DNA from: an uncultured Candidatus Berkelbacteria bacterium
GTDB taxonomy: Bacteria; Patescibacteriota; UBA1384; UBA12157; JAENIV01
Assembly (NCBI GenBank): GCA_963698075.1
Contig: OY969116.1
Coordinates: forward strand, 798,131 to 862,130
DNA: 64,000 bases
Reading direction: 5' to 3'
The position numbers were made by a program, and so were the translations under genes. Positions 19,166-28,610 of the stretch are shown here, one piece after another (the stretch's first letter is position 1; every line of letters begins with the position of its first letter). The notes beneath the pieces were generated by a model that was not told the origin of the DNA, made no database searches, and was given only the letters and a program-made list of their open reading frames with translations.

Positions 19166-19846
19166 ATGCAACATTCATTACTATATTTAGTCATTACCGC
19201 TGGACTCGTGGACAGCTTTAATCCTTGTGCTATTGCGGTGCTCTTGATTTTTATTGCCCTCATGTTTACCTTCAAAAAATCACGAAGGCGCATTTTCTTT
19301 TTGGGTCTAACATATATTTTTGCCATCTATTTTACCTATTTAGCCATTGGTGTCGGCTTACTAAGGGCTGTTTATTTATTCGCCATCCCGCGCTATTTTA
19401 CGATTGTTATTGGCTGGGGTTTGATTGTTTGGGGAATTTGGGGTTTTAAAGATTATTTTTTCCCAAAACTTCCATGGCGACTTTCAACCTCACTTAAATC
19501 AAGACAAATAATTGCTTCTTGGGCCGATAAATTTACCATTCCAGCGACTTTAGTTATGGGTTTTTTCGTGGCGATTTTTGGTTTCCCTTGCACCGGGGGA
19601 ATATATTTGGCAACCCTTGCTTTGCTTTCGGCGAAAGAAACTTATCTTAAAGGAATTTTTTATCTTTTAATTTATAATTTAATGTTCGTTCTGCCCCTAA
19701 TTGTGATTTTTACCGCGACCGCTAACAGATTTATGGCTGAAAAAATAATCAATTGGAACGAGAAAAATAACCCCATATTTAGGTTAATTATTTCCACCAT
19801 CACCTTGATTTTAGGGACAGTCTTGGTTTTTTATTTAACTAAATGA
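19166..19846 (+). CDS. CcdA/DsbD-family transmembrane thiol-disulfide transfer protein (putative)
   Basis: Multi-TM protein with single Cys in TM1 (NPCA) and TM4 (FPCTGG), as in CcdA. The ORF-track start at 19082 overlaps the tRNA, so the start is moved to MQHSLLY at 19166. Confidence 0.5.
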   Translation: MQHSLLYLVITAGLVDSFNPCAIAVLLIFIALMFTFKKSRRRIFFLGLTYIFAIYFTYLAIGVGLLRAVYLFAIPRYFTIVIGWGLIVWGIWGFKDYFFPKLPWRLSTSLKSRQIIASWADKFTIPATLVMGFFVAIFGFPCTGGIYLATLALLSAKETYLKGIFYLLIYNLMFVLPLIVIFTATANRFMAEKIINWNEKNNPIFRLIISTITLILGTVLVFYLTK

Positions 19847-19944
19847 TAAAATGGATACGAAATACAAAAAGTTACGAAAATACAGAATCTTTCTTTTTCG
19901 TATTTTTGTAATAATTTCGTAGTTCGTATTTTAAGCGAGGAATA

Positions 19945-20190
19945 ATGGATAACCAACCGCAAAAACAAGAACCAACAAAAAAAGTCATCGCTGTTGATCA
20001 AGCCCGATGCATTGGTTGCGGACTTTGCGTCACCACCTGTGGAGATGTTTTTGAGCTTGGCGAAGATGGTAAGTCTCATGTCAAAAATGCAGTCGGCTGC
20101 CAAACTTGCAATTGCCAGCAAGCACTTGACGAATGTCCAGCCAACGCAATTTCCTGGCAGGAAATTGAAAATCCGAAATTCGAAGCATGA
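19945..20190 (+). CDS. 4Fe-4S ferredoxin
   Basis: CIGCGLCVTTC ... C..C cysteine motifs; 81 aa. Confidence 0.8.
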   Translation: MDNQPQKQEPTKKVIAVDQARCIGCGLCVTTCGDVFELGEDGKSHVKNAVGCQTCNCQQALDECPANAISWQEIENPKFEA

Positions 20191-20234
20191 AATCCTAAAT
20201 AAATGAACGCCTAAAAACAAATTTTCAAAATTAA

Positions 20235-20310
20235 AAAAAAATTTAAATATTAGAACATTGGAATTTAGATATTATTTAGAATTTAGAAATTAGGATTTAG
20301 AGTTTAAATT
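20235..20310. repeat. AT-rich dispersed intergenic repeat, copy 2
   Basis: attagaacattggaatttagatattatttagaatttagaaattaggattt versus the copy at ~768-845. Confidence 0.6.
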
Positions 20311-20325
20311 TTCCGAAGGAAAATT

Positions 20326-21246
20326 ATGTATGACTCAATCATTATTGGCGCGGGTCCAGCTGGTTTAACTGCCGCTATCTATTTAATCCGAAAAAAATTG
20401 AAAATTTTGGTTTTAACTCAAAAATTAGGCGGTCAAATTATGGACGGACCCTTAATTGAAAATTATCCAGGGATAGAAAAAATTTCCGGAGCCGACTGGG
20501 TGGACAAAACATTCAAGCAGGCTAAAGCATTGGGAGTGGAAATAAAATCAAACGTTGAAGTAAAAAAGATCAAACAAAAAGATGATACCTTCGAAGTTGA
20601 AATTATTGGTGGGAGGTTTGAAGCCCGTTCAATCATTGTTTGCTCAGGTAAAAGTCCTCGTAAGCTTGGCGTCCCGGGTGAAGAAAAATTTATTGGCAAA
20701 GGGCTTTCGTCCTGCGTCACTTGTGACGGCCCCTTGTTTCGTGACAAAGAGGTTGCCGTTATTGGTGGGGGTAATTCGGCGATTTCGGCCGCTTTAGAAC
20801 TCGAAAAATATGCTCGAAAAATTTACATTATTAATTTGGGGCAAGATTTAATCGGCGAAGAAATAAGAATTGACAAAGTTAAAAAATCGACCAAAATTGA
20901 AGTTATTGCTTCGGCCAAAACGACCGCCATCTTGGGATCCAATTTGGTTGAGAGTCTCAAATACCAAGATTTAAAAACCGGCGAAGCTTCAGAAATTAAA
21001 ATCCAAGGCATTTTTGTGGAAATCGGCTGGGTGCCCTCAACCGCTTATTTGGAGAATTTTGTCGAATTGACTCCCGCTAAAGAAGTTAAAATTAATAAAG
21101 ACAACGCTACCAGCATCCCGGGCGTTTTCGCCGGCGGAGACATCACTGATATTGGCTATAAACAATTAGTCATTGCTTGCGGCGAAGGTGCCAAAGCCGG
21201 CCTAAGCGCTTGGGATTATTTAACTTTAAACAAGGAGACAAAATGA
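20326..21246 (+). CDS. trxB: thioredoxin-disulfide reductase
   Basis: FAD site GAGPAG, redox-active CVTC, NADPH site GGGNSA. Confidence 0.9.
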   Translation: MYDSIIIGAGPAGLTAAIYLIRKKLKILVLTQKLGGQIMDGPLIENYPGIEKISGADWVDKTFKQAKALGVEIKSNVEVKKIKQKDDTFEVEIIGGRFEARSIIVCSGKSPRKLGVPGEEKFIGKGLSSCVTCDGPLFRDKEVAVIGGGNSAISAALELEKYARKIYIINLGQDLIGEEIRIDKVKKSTKIEVIASAKTTAILGSNLVESLKYQDLKTGEASEIKIQGIFVEIGWVPSTAYLENFVELTPAKEVKINKDNATSIPGVFAGGDITDIGYKQLVIACGEGAKAGLSAWDYLTLNKETK

Positions 21247-21614
21247 AAGTCCTAATCGTTGATGATGAAAAGGGAATTTTAAAGATGTATAGTGAGTTTT
21301 TAACTGGCACTGGCATCGAAGTTTTACAGGCGACCGATGGTCAAACAGGGATTAGATTGGCCAAAGAGCAAAAGCCAGATGTCATTTTGCTCGATATCAT
21401 CATGCCGCGATATAATGGCCTTGATGTCTTAAAAGATCTTAAAGCCGATCAAGAAGTTAAAAATATACCGGTTTTCTTACTAACTAACCTTCCGGCCGAA
21501 AGTTCCGAGGGCAAGGCCAAAGAATTAGGCGCCGCTGGTTATTTAGTCAAAGCGGAATACGAGCCCAAGATGATTTTGGATGTTATTCAAGGCGCCGTCA
21601 AAAGTCCTCGTTAA
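21243..21614 (+). CDS. response-regulator receiver domain protein (CheY-like)
   Basis: VLIVDDE...LLDIIMP...K motifs. Start at MKVLIV; the earlier in-frame ATG overlaps trxB. Confidence 0.8.
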   Translation: MKVLIVDDEKGILKMYSEFLTGTGIEVLQATDGQTGIRLAKEQKPDVILLDIIMPRYNGLDVLKDLKADQEVKNIPVFLLTNLPAESSEGKAKELGAAGYLVKAEYEPKMILDVIQGAVKSPR

Positions 21615-22873
21615 TTAGGAATTTCAAAGGTGAAAGTTGCCCCTCTTCTTCCGCCGGCTGGCGGATTTTTCTCGGCCCAGATTTTACCACCATGCTTTTC
21701 AATAATTAAGCGTGTGATATAGAGACCCAAGCCAGTGCCTTGGTTATCGAGCTCTAAAATATCTTTACCTCTAAAAAATGGCTGAAAAAGCTTTTCCCGG
21801 CCTTCTTCTTTAATTCCGACGCCTTCATCAATAATTTTGACGGTGGTAACTTTTTCATTTTGTTCTGATTCGATACGAATTTTACCCTGCGGAGTGTATT
21901 TAATCGCATTATCTACGAGATTATAGATACAATTGCGAATTTTATCAGCGTCGACATTAATTGGCTTGGTATCATGAGTTTGACAAATAAGGAGAACGTT
22001 ATTTTTCGGTCGAGTTTTTTGAAATTGATCGACGACATTTTTTAAAATATCACCGATCTTTGTTGAAGTTTTTTTAAGCTCGAAAGTGCCACTCTGAATT
22101 CGTGAAATCGAGAGTAATTCCGAAACTAAATTTATCATCCTTTTTGTGTTGGCATAAACTTCCCCGACTGCCGCCTTCTGCTTCGGCTCAAGCTTACCGT
22201 AGTTTTCATCATTAAGCATCGAAACAAATCCTCGAATAATTGAAAGTGGGGTAAAAAGCTGATGGGAAGTCAACGATAAAAATTCTTTTTGACGCCCCGC
22301 CTCCTCCTCCAACACTTTTTGACGAGCCAAAGATTCCTCTTTGGCCATTCTTTCTTGGCGGATTTGGAGGGCCAAGGCTCGACAGAAAATTGTCATCAAA
22401 AGGATCAAACCAATCTGCCAGGCGCCTTGATAAAGAGCTTGAGTTTGCGGCAAAAGCTCTTGAGAGCCCAAAAATACTTCGAAAGCGACAAAAACAGAGG
22501 CGATGGTGGCAATGAGTAAAGCATTGATAAATTCTAGTTCCAAAGCAGCAGCGGCAATCGGCAAGAAATAAAGAGCGAAAAAATATTGACCATAATCTTT
22601 AAGCACATGGATTAAAACACCAATTAGAACAATGTCGGCAATGGTCTTGAGATAAAAACGATTTGAGCGCGAGAAATATTTATAAATGACTAAATAATAG
22701 ACGAGAACAAAAGAAATCAATCCCCCGATTAAATAATAAACTTGATCGTTTTCAATCAGTTTTAATGGTAAAAACCGGACGCCGAAAATGATGAGAACCA
22801 TCACAATCCAAGTTGAGACCTCAATTATTTTCTCATAGCGACCAAAACGGCGACGATTATTTTGTTCAGGCAA
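21611..22873 (-). CDS. membrane sensor histidine kinase
   Basis: N-terminal TM helices, H-box LSLTSHQLFTPL and a C-terminal HATPase_c domain. Confidence 0.85.
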   Translation of the reverse strand: MPEQNNRRRFGRYEKIIEVSTWIVMVLIIFGVRFLPLKLIENDQVYYLIGGLISFVLVYYLVIYKYFSRSNRFYLKTIADIVLIGVLIHVLKDYGQYFFALYFLPIAAAALELEFINALLIATIASVFVAFEVFLGSQELLPQTQALYQGAWQIGLILLMTIFCRALALQIRQERMAKEESLARQKVLEEEAGRQKEFLSLTSHQLFTPLSIIRGFVSMLNDENYGKLEPKQKAAVGEVYANTKRMINLVSELLSISRIQSGTFELKKTSTKIGDILKNVVDQFQKTRPKNNVLLICQTHDTKPINVDADKIRNCIYNLVDNAIKYTPQGKIRIESEQNEKVTTVKIIDEGVGIKEEGREKLFQPFFRGKDILELDNQGTGLGLYITRLIIEKHGGKIWAEKNPPAGGRRGATFTFEIPN

Positions 22874-22974
22874 TTTACCCTCCTTTTTTCATTGTAGCAT
22901 TTTTTGATTGATATTGTCAGAATGATCTTTTAAGATTGAAACTAGGGGAAGAACGTTGACAAGGAGAAAAGACC

Positions 22975-24417
22975 ATGACCCGACGGTCTTTCTTGGCCGG
23001 AGTGATTTTCGGTCTTTTTGGCCCCCGTTTCGTTTGTCGGCTGCTGGCTGATTCGATAAAAGGTGGTCGATGGTATCCAGGTATCATCCATGTCCATTCG
23101 ACCTTCTCCGATGGTGACCGTACCCCAGCCATGCTCAAAAATGCTGCTGTTGCCAATGGCTTGGCTTTCTTGATTGTCACTGATCACTGGGAGCAGATTC
23201 CGAAAGAAAAAAAGCTCTCGGGCCTGGTAACTGATGACTTTGGTTTTGATAAGTATTTGGCGAGTTTCCAAAGCACGCCCAAACTTATCATCATTGCCGC
23301 CGCCGAGATCGCGGTTCCTCGTCAAGGGGCTTCCTCGCATGTTCTGGCCATCGGCGATCTTCGGAAAATCATCGGCCAAACATATTCCTCTCCTAAAGAT
23401 CTTATCGAGAACTTGAGCCGGGCTGGACTGTTGGCAGTCGCGGCCCATCCCGATCTCAACGAGAAGGGTCGAAACTTCATTTTTGACCTTTCAATGGCAC
23501 CCTCCATCGCGGGCATTGAGTTTTACAATCAGAGCCGAGACGCGGACCGAAAGACCTTGGGGCGGCTTCTGGATTTGATTGCCGCCGGCGCCGCCGGCCG
23601 AGACATTTTTGTCACCTCCGGCTGTGACAGCCATATGTCTGTTGATCCTACCAGTTTGGATCTCGCTCGCTGGACTCACAAGACTTACGTCTGGGTTGAG
23701 GATAAACTAACGGATGAAAACCTGCTCGCGGCTCTGGCTAATGGTCGGACCTACGCCGCCAACGACGGAGCCCAGTTAGTCTCAATCAACCATCTGCCCG
23801 GATTTACGCCGCAGTCTGTCAACCGGCCGGAGTTCTTCTTCACCATCAGTTTGCCAGATAAGGCCTCATGGAAAAAGGCCAAACTCTATCGTGACGGTCA
23901 ATTCTTAGGTTTTGCCGCCCCGGAGAAGACGAGCGATGGTCAGCGCTATCATTTTCATGACACACAATGCTCCCAAGGGACTCATCGTTATATCATCGAA
24001 ATCGAAGACTATCTCGTAACCTCGCCAATCATCCTTGATGTCAAAGATGATTCCTTGCCACGCGTGGGTTTTGGGACGGACCGACGCGATCGTGATGGTC
24101 TCTGGCCCGAAAGGGTTTGCCGTAATTTTCTTGCCAGTGCTGGCACCCAACTCCCCATTGCTAGCAACGCCCCCGTCACCAAAAAGACTCTCCAGAACTT
24201 TATCGCCTTGGCCAAAAAGGCGAAAGCAGGAGCCTTTGGTTCCGGCAAAGTCTATGAAATCGATGGCACGACTCGATGCGATGTCCATGTCGAAGTGGAT
24301 ACGACTAACAATCCCTTGAGTAAGACAGAAGACCGTGACCACAGCACTTGGATCCTGGTTCTCGAGAACAACCAATGGAAAATCTGGGACATTGTCGAGG
24401 GTTACGTTAACTGGTAA
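22975..24417 (+). CDS. PHP-domain metal-dependent phosphoesterase with twin-arginine signal (GC-rich island D)
   Basis: MTRRSFLAG TAT-like signal; PHP motif IIHVHSTFSDG...VTDHW; ~58% GC. Confidence 0.65.
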   Translation: MTRRSFLAGVIFGLFGPRFVCRLLADSIKGGRWYPGIIHVHSTFSDGDRTPAMLKNAAVANGLAFLIVTDHWEQIPKEKKLSGLVTDDFGFDKYLASFQSTPKLIIIAAAEIAVPRQGASSHVLAIGDLRKIIGQTYSSPKDLIENLSRAGLLAVAAHPDLNEKGRNFIFDLSMAPSIAGIEFYNQSRDADRKTLGRLLDLIAAGAAGRDIFVTSGCDSHMSVDPTSLDLARWTHKTYVWVEDKLTDENLLAALANGRTYAANDGAQLVSINHLPGFTPQSVNRPEFFFTISLPDKASWKKAKLYRDGQFLGFAAPEKTSDGQRYHFHDTQCSQGTHRYIIEIEDYLVTSPIILDVKDDSLPRVGFGTDRRDRDGLWPERVCRNFLASAGTQLPIASNAPVTKKTLQNFIALAKKAKAGAFGSGKVYEIDGTTRCDVHVEVDTTNNPLSKTEDRDHSTWILVLENNQWKIWDIVEGYVNW

Positions 24418-24432
24418 GACCGAACTTTTCAG

Positions 24433-24467
24433 GCCCGCCTTCGCTTCACGCGAAGGCGGGCTTTCTT
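24433..24467 (+). terminator. rho-independent terminator
   Basis: 12-bp stem GCCCGCCTTCGC/GCGAAGGCGGGC followed by a T-run. Confidence 0.6.
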
Positions 24468-24473
24468 GAAGGG

Positions 24474-24508
24474 TTGACATGATTTATTGCCTATGTGGTA
24501 TATTAAAT
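24474..24508 (+). promoter_or_regulatory. sigma70-type promoter (TTGACA-19-TGgTATATT)
   Basis: TTGACA at 24474 and TATATT at 24499; followed by AAAGGAGG and the ATG at 24538. Confidence 0.45.
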
Positions 24509-24537
24509 ACACACTAATAATCTATAAAGGAGGCAGG

Positions 24538-24861
24538 ATGGACCCAAGAGAAAAAAAGGAAATGGCCGGCATTGTCGGTGAGGCGATCGACCAAAAGGTT
24601 GTGCCGCGGTTGGCAAAGTTAGAAACAATGATTCCCAAGGTGGATAAAATTGGAGAATCAGTAGAATTTATAAGGGAGCAGGTGGCGGAGAATTCTATTG
24701 ATATTACGGAAATGAAGGAAGATCTCAGCGATTCGAAATTCACAATCGAAAGAATAGAAACTCGTTTGCATACTGTCGTGAAGGACCAAGATAGTATGGA
24801 CTTGAAGACCAAGCAAATGAATCGTCGCGTCCTCCGACTAGAATCAAAAAAGGCGAGTTAA
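24538..24861 (+). CDS. small coiled-coil protein, paralog of 28276..28527
   Basis: Shares N-terminal EAIDQKVVPRL and C-terminal TK.MNRRVLRLESKKAS with the 28276 ORF (DALDKVVIPQF / TKLNTRVLKLEKSKA). Confidence 0.45.
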   Translation: MDPREKKEMAGIVGEAIDQKVVPRLAKLETMIPKVDKIGESVEFIREQVAENSIDITEMKEDLSDSKFTIERIETRLHTVVKDQDSMDLKTKQMNRRVLRLESKKAS

Positions 24862-24971
24862 TTTATCCAAAATTTTTAATTGAACTCAGTAATTATCAAA
24901 GCTTTTTTGATTGTTTTTTTAAGCTTTATCTGTTAGAATAATCTTAACTCGAAGTGGGGAGGACGTTGAGA

Positions 24972-25778
24972 ATGGCACGTGCGGCCTGGATTGTCATTAT
25001 CGCTGTCGTCGTCTGCACTTTCATAGGCGTACAAGTGTACGACAACCAGATGGTTCCAACGATGAAGAAGATCCAGGTTGTCTGTGATGATCCCAAACAC
25101 CAAGGCAACCGAGTCGTCTTGACTGATGAGAAACCGACTATCGCTAAAAGAAAGGATGCTCGTCACGAGATTGTCGAAGTCCAGCGTACCTCTGCCTGTC
25201 TGCAATGCCAGAAGCGCAAAGAGCAAGAATTCCAGATTGCCAGATCAAGAGCCGAGACAGATGATCTGATAAGGCATCTTGATTATCATTTCGCGTTCGA
25301 GCTAGCTTTCGCCACTGAATATGTTCGAGAGAAGTCATTGCCACCAGGCGGCGGGATCACCTTCCACGTTGATGTTAAGAATAAAGGATCTAGCGTCATC
25401 GAAGGGTTGCGGTTTATTGTTCAGCCCGTAAGCTATCTCTATTTGACGCCATTCCGGGAGGTTTCGGTATTCGACCGGGCATTACACGATGTTCACGTTG
25501 GCTACGACAAGAAGGACGCCGCGCTCTTGAAGAATCTGACGACCACTGGCTTGGCCGTCTGCGACTACCAAGGACGCAGCAAGCTTTTCCCTCAGGGTAA
25601 TCCCTATTATCCGGAAAACGTGGGTTATTGTGACACGGCGTTTATGTTGCGCGGTCGATTGGCGTTGAGTCCTAAACTCCAACCTGGTCAGGATGTCCAG
25701 TTCCAGGGATACCTCATCTACAAGAATAAGAAGATTCCCCTCGGTACCCTGACGGTCCACGTTATGTATCCTGGCTAA
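24972..25778 (+). CDS. membrane-anchored hypothetical protein (GC-rich island E)
   Basis: GGGAGGA RBS; N-terminal TM helix (AAWIVIIAVVVCTFIGV); no recognisable domain; ~57% GC. Confidence 0.4.
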   Translation: MARAAWIVIIAVVVCTFIGVQVYDNQMVPTMKKIQVVCDDPKHQGNRVVLTDEKPTIAKRKDARHEIVEVQRTSACLQCQKRKEQEFQIARSRAETDDLIRHLDYHFAFELAFATEYVREKSLPPGGGITFHVDVKNKGSSVIEGLRFIVQPVSYLYLTPFREVSVFDRALHDVHVGYDKKDAALLKNLTTTGLAVCDYQGRSKLFPQGNPYYPENVGYCDTAFMLRGRLALSPKLQPGQDVQFQGYLIYKNKKIPLGTLTVHVMYPG

Positions 25779-25802
25779 CCCCCACCACCAGTCATCATCA
25801 AG

Positions 25803-25829
25803 GCGGTCGGAAGTTTTCGGCCGCTTTTA
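25803..25829 (+). terminator. terminator hairpin
   Basis: GCGGTCGG-aagttt-TCGGCCGC (G:U wobbles) followed by TTTT. A second hairpin follows at 25829-25858 and shares GCGAAGGCGGG with the island D terminator. Confidence 0.45.
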
Positions 25830-25919
25830 CCCGCCAGTAGCTTTATGCGAAGGCGGGTTTCGTTATCCATTGAAAATTTAAGAGAACTTTGAGAGAATAA
25901 GACAAGAAAGAGAGAACTA

Positions 25920-26726
25920 ATGTCTAAAATTGATAAAACTGCCTTCCACCTCGAACATCATTCCCGCGATTTGGGGCTTTTAACCGAAGAAGAACAACAA
26001 AAAATTGATGACACAACGTTGCTTATCGCCGGTTGTGGGGTTGGCTCGCTGATTGCTATCTCTGCCGCTCGGCTCGGTTTTGAAAAATTCGTCCTCGTCG
26101 ACGGCGACAAAGTGGAATTATCTAATATCAATCGTCAGGGATATAGTTCTCACGATGTCGGTAAATTCAAAGTCAATGCTTTAGCCAAAAGACTCCGTCA
26201 AATTAATCCCCACATTCAAATCAAAAAATACCCGGTTTTTGTTGATCTTGGAAACGCCGCCCGATTAGTCCACAAGGCCGATATTATTATTGATACAATT
26301 GATCCTACTGCGGCCCAAGCCGTCATTGCCATGCACCGGGCGGCCCAAAGAGAACATAAAACCATTATTGGGCCGATGGATGTTGGCTGGGGGGGATTGC
26401 TTCAAATTTTTACCCCCGATTCAATTTCCTATGAGAAAATGATTGGTCTTGATCCAGAAACGCCAGTGGAAAAAATCAGCAACGAAGAGGGCTATGGTAA
26501 ATTCGTCCAATATTTCATCAAATTTTTGCCGGAATATGTGCAGAAGATGGCGATGGAAGTGGTTGAGGGCAAGCGTAAACATTATCCACAGCCCGTTTCC
26601 GCCGCCTATATTTTATCTGCCATGACGGTGATGGCCGCCAAGCGAGTGGCCAATGATGAGCCAATTATTACTGCTCCCGATTATATTTCTTTTGATCCCA
26701 ACGAGGTTTTAAAGCCAAAAAAATGA
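25920..26726 (+). CDS. ThiF/MoeB/HesA-family E1-like adenylyltransferase
   Basis: LLIAGCGVGSLIAISAARLGF...LVDGDKVELSNINRQ nucleotide-binding motif; 268 aa, with no N-terminal peptide-clamp domain. Confidence 0.85.
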   Translation: MSKIDKTAFHLEHHSRDLGLLTEEEQQKIDDTTLLIAGCGVGSLIAISAARLGFEKFVLVDGDKVELSNINRQGYSSHDVGKFKVNALAKRLRQINPHIQIKKYPVFVDLGNAARLVHKADIIIDTIDPTAAQAVIAMHRAAQREHKTIIGPMDVGWGGLLQIFTPDSISYEKMIGLDPETPVEKISNEEGYGKFVQYFIKFLPEYVQKMAMEVVEGKRKHYPQPVSAAYILSAMTVMAAKRVANDEPIITAPDYISFDPNEVLKPKK

Positions 26727-28030
26727 ACAAGAGATCCTTAACCCTCATCTTAATCGGCTTGGCAATTGCTGATCTTTTAGGCGCGATTGATGCCACCGGC
26801 GTTAACATTGCTTTGCCGAAAATCACTCGCGATTTGGCCATCCCCATCACCATTTCCCAGTGGATTCCCAACGCTTACACTCTAGTCCTCGTTTCTACCT
26901 TGTTATTTTTCGGCAAAATCGGCGATTCAATTGGGGTCAAAAAACTTTATCTTTTTGGCCTAATATTGTTTGGTCTGGCTTCAGCCATCTTGGGTTTTAT
27001 TAATAATCCTTATCTTCTCATCGCCATTCGCGGACTTCAGGGGTTGGGAACCGCGATTTTATACACTATGCCAATGGCCATCATTGCTCATCTTTGGCAA
27101 GACCGCGAAAAAGCTTTTTCAGTCACCGCCTCATTTTTTGCCGGCGGCATGCTTGTTGGCCCATTAATCGGCGGCGTTTTTACCAATTTAAATTTTGGCA
27201 ATTTCCACGGCTGGCATTTAATTTTTTTACTTAACATTCCCTTTATTATTTTTGGTCTGATTGTCGCTACCAAATTTATCCCGGAATTGCCTTCCCAAAA
27301 AATCAAAATCGATTTTTTGAGCGTCTTAATGCTTTTGGTTGGCCTGGCCCTTATCATTCTTTCTTTGACGATTATTAGTAAATGGTATCTGCTCGCCGGA
27401 GTGGGGATCTTGCTTTTGCTCTTTTTCTATGAAAAGAAAGTCGCCAATCCATTATTGGATTTTTCTTTATTTAAAAACCGCACTTTTACGGCCTTCAATA
27501 TCGTCAGCGCTTTGGCAATGGTAACAATTATTGGCATGAGTTTTGTTTTAACTTTTTATTTGCAGGATATTTTGAAATGGAATTCTTTGCAGGCGGGCTT
27601 GGCTCTCTTGCCCGTGCCAGCAGCTACCGGCGTGGTCTCGATTTTGGCGGGCCGAATGAAAAACTGGAAATTGGCGGCGTTTTTAACTAGCGGCTTGATT
27701 TTGGCCGGGATTTTACTTTTAACCCAAATTCATCCGTCCATTTCCTACTACAAATTGATTTTGCCGGCGATGGTTTTAATCGCCGCTGGTTCCGGCTTTT
27801 TGATGACCGTTGGTTTTGCCGCTATTTTGGGCTCGGCCCCAACTGAAAAATCCGGTAGCGCTTCGGGAATTTTGAATACCCTACAGCAATTAGGCGGTTT
27901 GATCGGCATCGCTTTAGTGGCGGCCATTGTCTTAAACTATTCTTTGGCTTTTTATATTCTGGTGATCGCCGCCTTGATAGGACTAATTGCCGCCTTTTTT
28001 GTTAAAAAGGCAGAAAATATTTCAATTTGA
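26723..28030 (+). CDS. MFS transporter (EmrB/QacA-like efflux)
   Basis: ~12-14 TM helices with MFS motifs; ATGA-overlap coupling with the upstream ThiF gene. Confidence 0.85.
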   Translation: MNKRSLTLILIGLAIADLLGAIDATGVNIALPKITRDLAIPITISQWIPNAYTLVLVSTLLFFGKIGDSIGVKKLYLFGLILFGLASAILGFINNPYLLIAIRGLQGLGTAILYTMPMAIIAHLWQDREKAFSVTASFFAGGMLVGPLIGGVFTNLNFGNFHGWHLIFLLNIPFIIFGLIVATKFIPELPSQKIKIDFLSVLMLLVGLALIILSLTIISKWYLLAGVGILLLLFFYEKKVANPLLDFSLFKNRTFTAFNIVSALAMVTIIGMSFVLTFYLQDILKWNSLQAGLALLPVPAATGVVSILAGRMKNWKLAAFLTSGLILAGILLLTQIHPSISYYKLILPAMVLIAAGSGFLMTVGFAAILGSAPTEKSGSASGILNTLQQLGGLIGIALVAAIVLNYSLAFYILVIAALIGLIAAFFVKKAENISI

Positions 28031-28075
28031 CAATCCTAAAAATTCAGGATATAATTAAAGCCGAGGACAAAAGAA

Positions 28076-28260
28076 TGGAAATAAATTTTATTACTCAAAT
28101 TTGGCAAGAGGGGAAAATGTATGTTGCCTATGCTCCCGAATTAGACGTCTCTTCTTGCGGAAAAACCGCCCGAGAAGCTCAAAAAAATCTTCATGAAGCA
28201 GTCGAGATTTTCTTGGAAGAGACAGCTAAGAATTTGACACCGAAAGTAGTACTTGTATAA
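28076..28260 (+). CDS. HicB-family antitoxin-like protein (UPF0150)
   Basis: QEGKMYVAYAPELDVSSCGKTAREAQKNLHEAVEIFLEE matches the HicB N-domain pattern. No HicA is adjacent. Confidence 0.55.
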
Positions 28261-28275
28261 AATGAGTTTGGAGGG

Positions 28276-28527
28276 ATGATGAATTCTAAAGATAAGAAAG
28301 ATATAAGTTTAATAATTTTAGATGCTCTGGATAAAGTTGTGATTCCTCAGTTTGATAAAATGTATGAGAAATTCGAAGAGCATGATGAGAGATTCGGGGA
28401 TATTGATAATTCTTTAACCCGGATCGAACTAAAACTTGATAACGAAGTCAAGAGAAACGATGAACAAAGTATTAAAATTACGAAATTAAATACACGCGTT
28501 CTCAAATTGGAAAAATCCAAAGCGTAA
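28276..28527 (+). CDS. small coiled-coil protein, paralog of 24538..24861
   Basis: See 24538; conserved ends. Confidence 0.45.
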   Translation: MMNSKDKKDISLIILDALDKVVIPQFDKMYEKFEEHDERFGDIDNSLTRIELKLDNEVKRNDEQSIKITKLNTRVLKLEKSKA

Positions 28528-28610
28528 CCAATTTATTCCTAATCTATTGGAAAAGCCCGCTTTTTGTTATAGAATTTAATGTAGAGGGGGTAATTTTAGG
28601 AGTTTTTATT

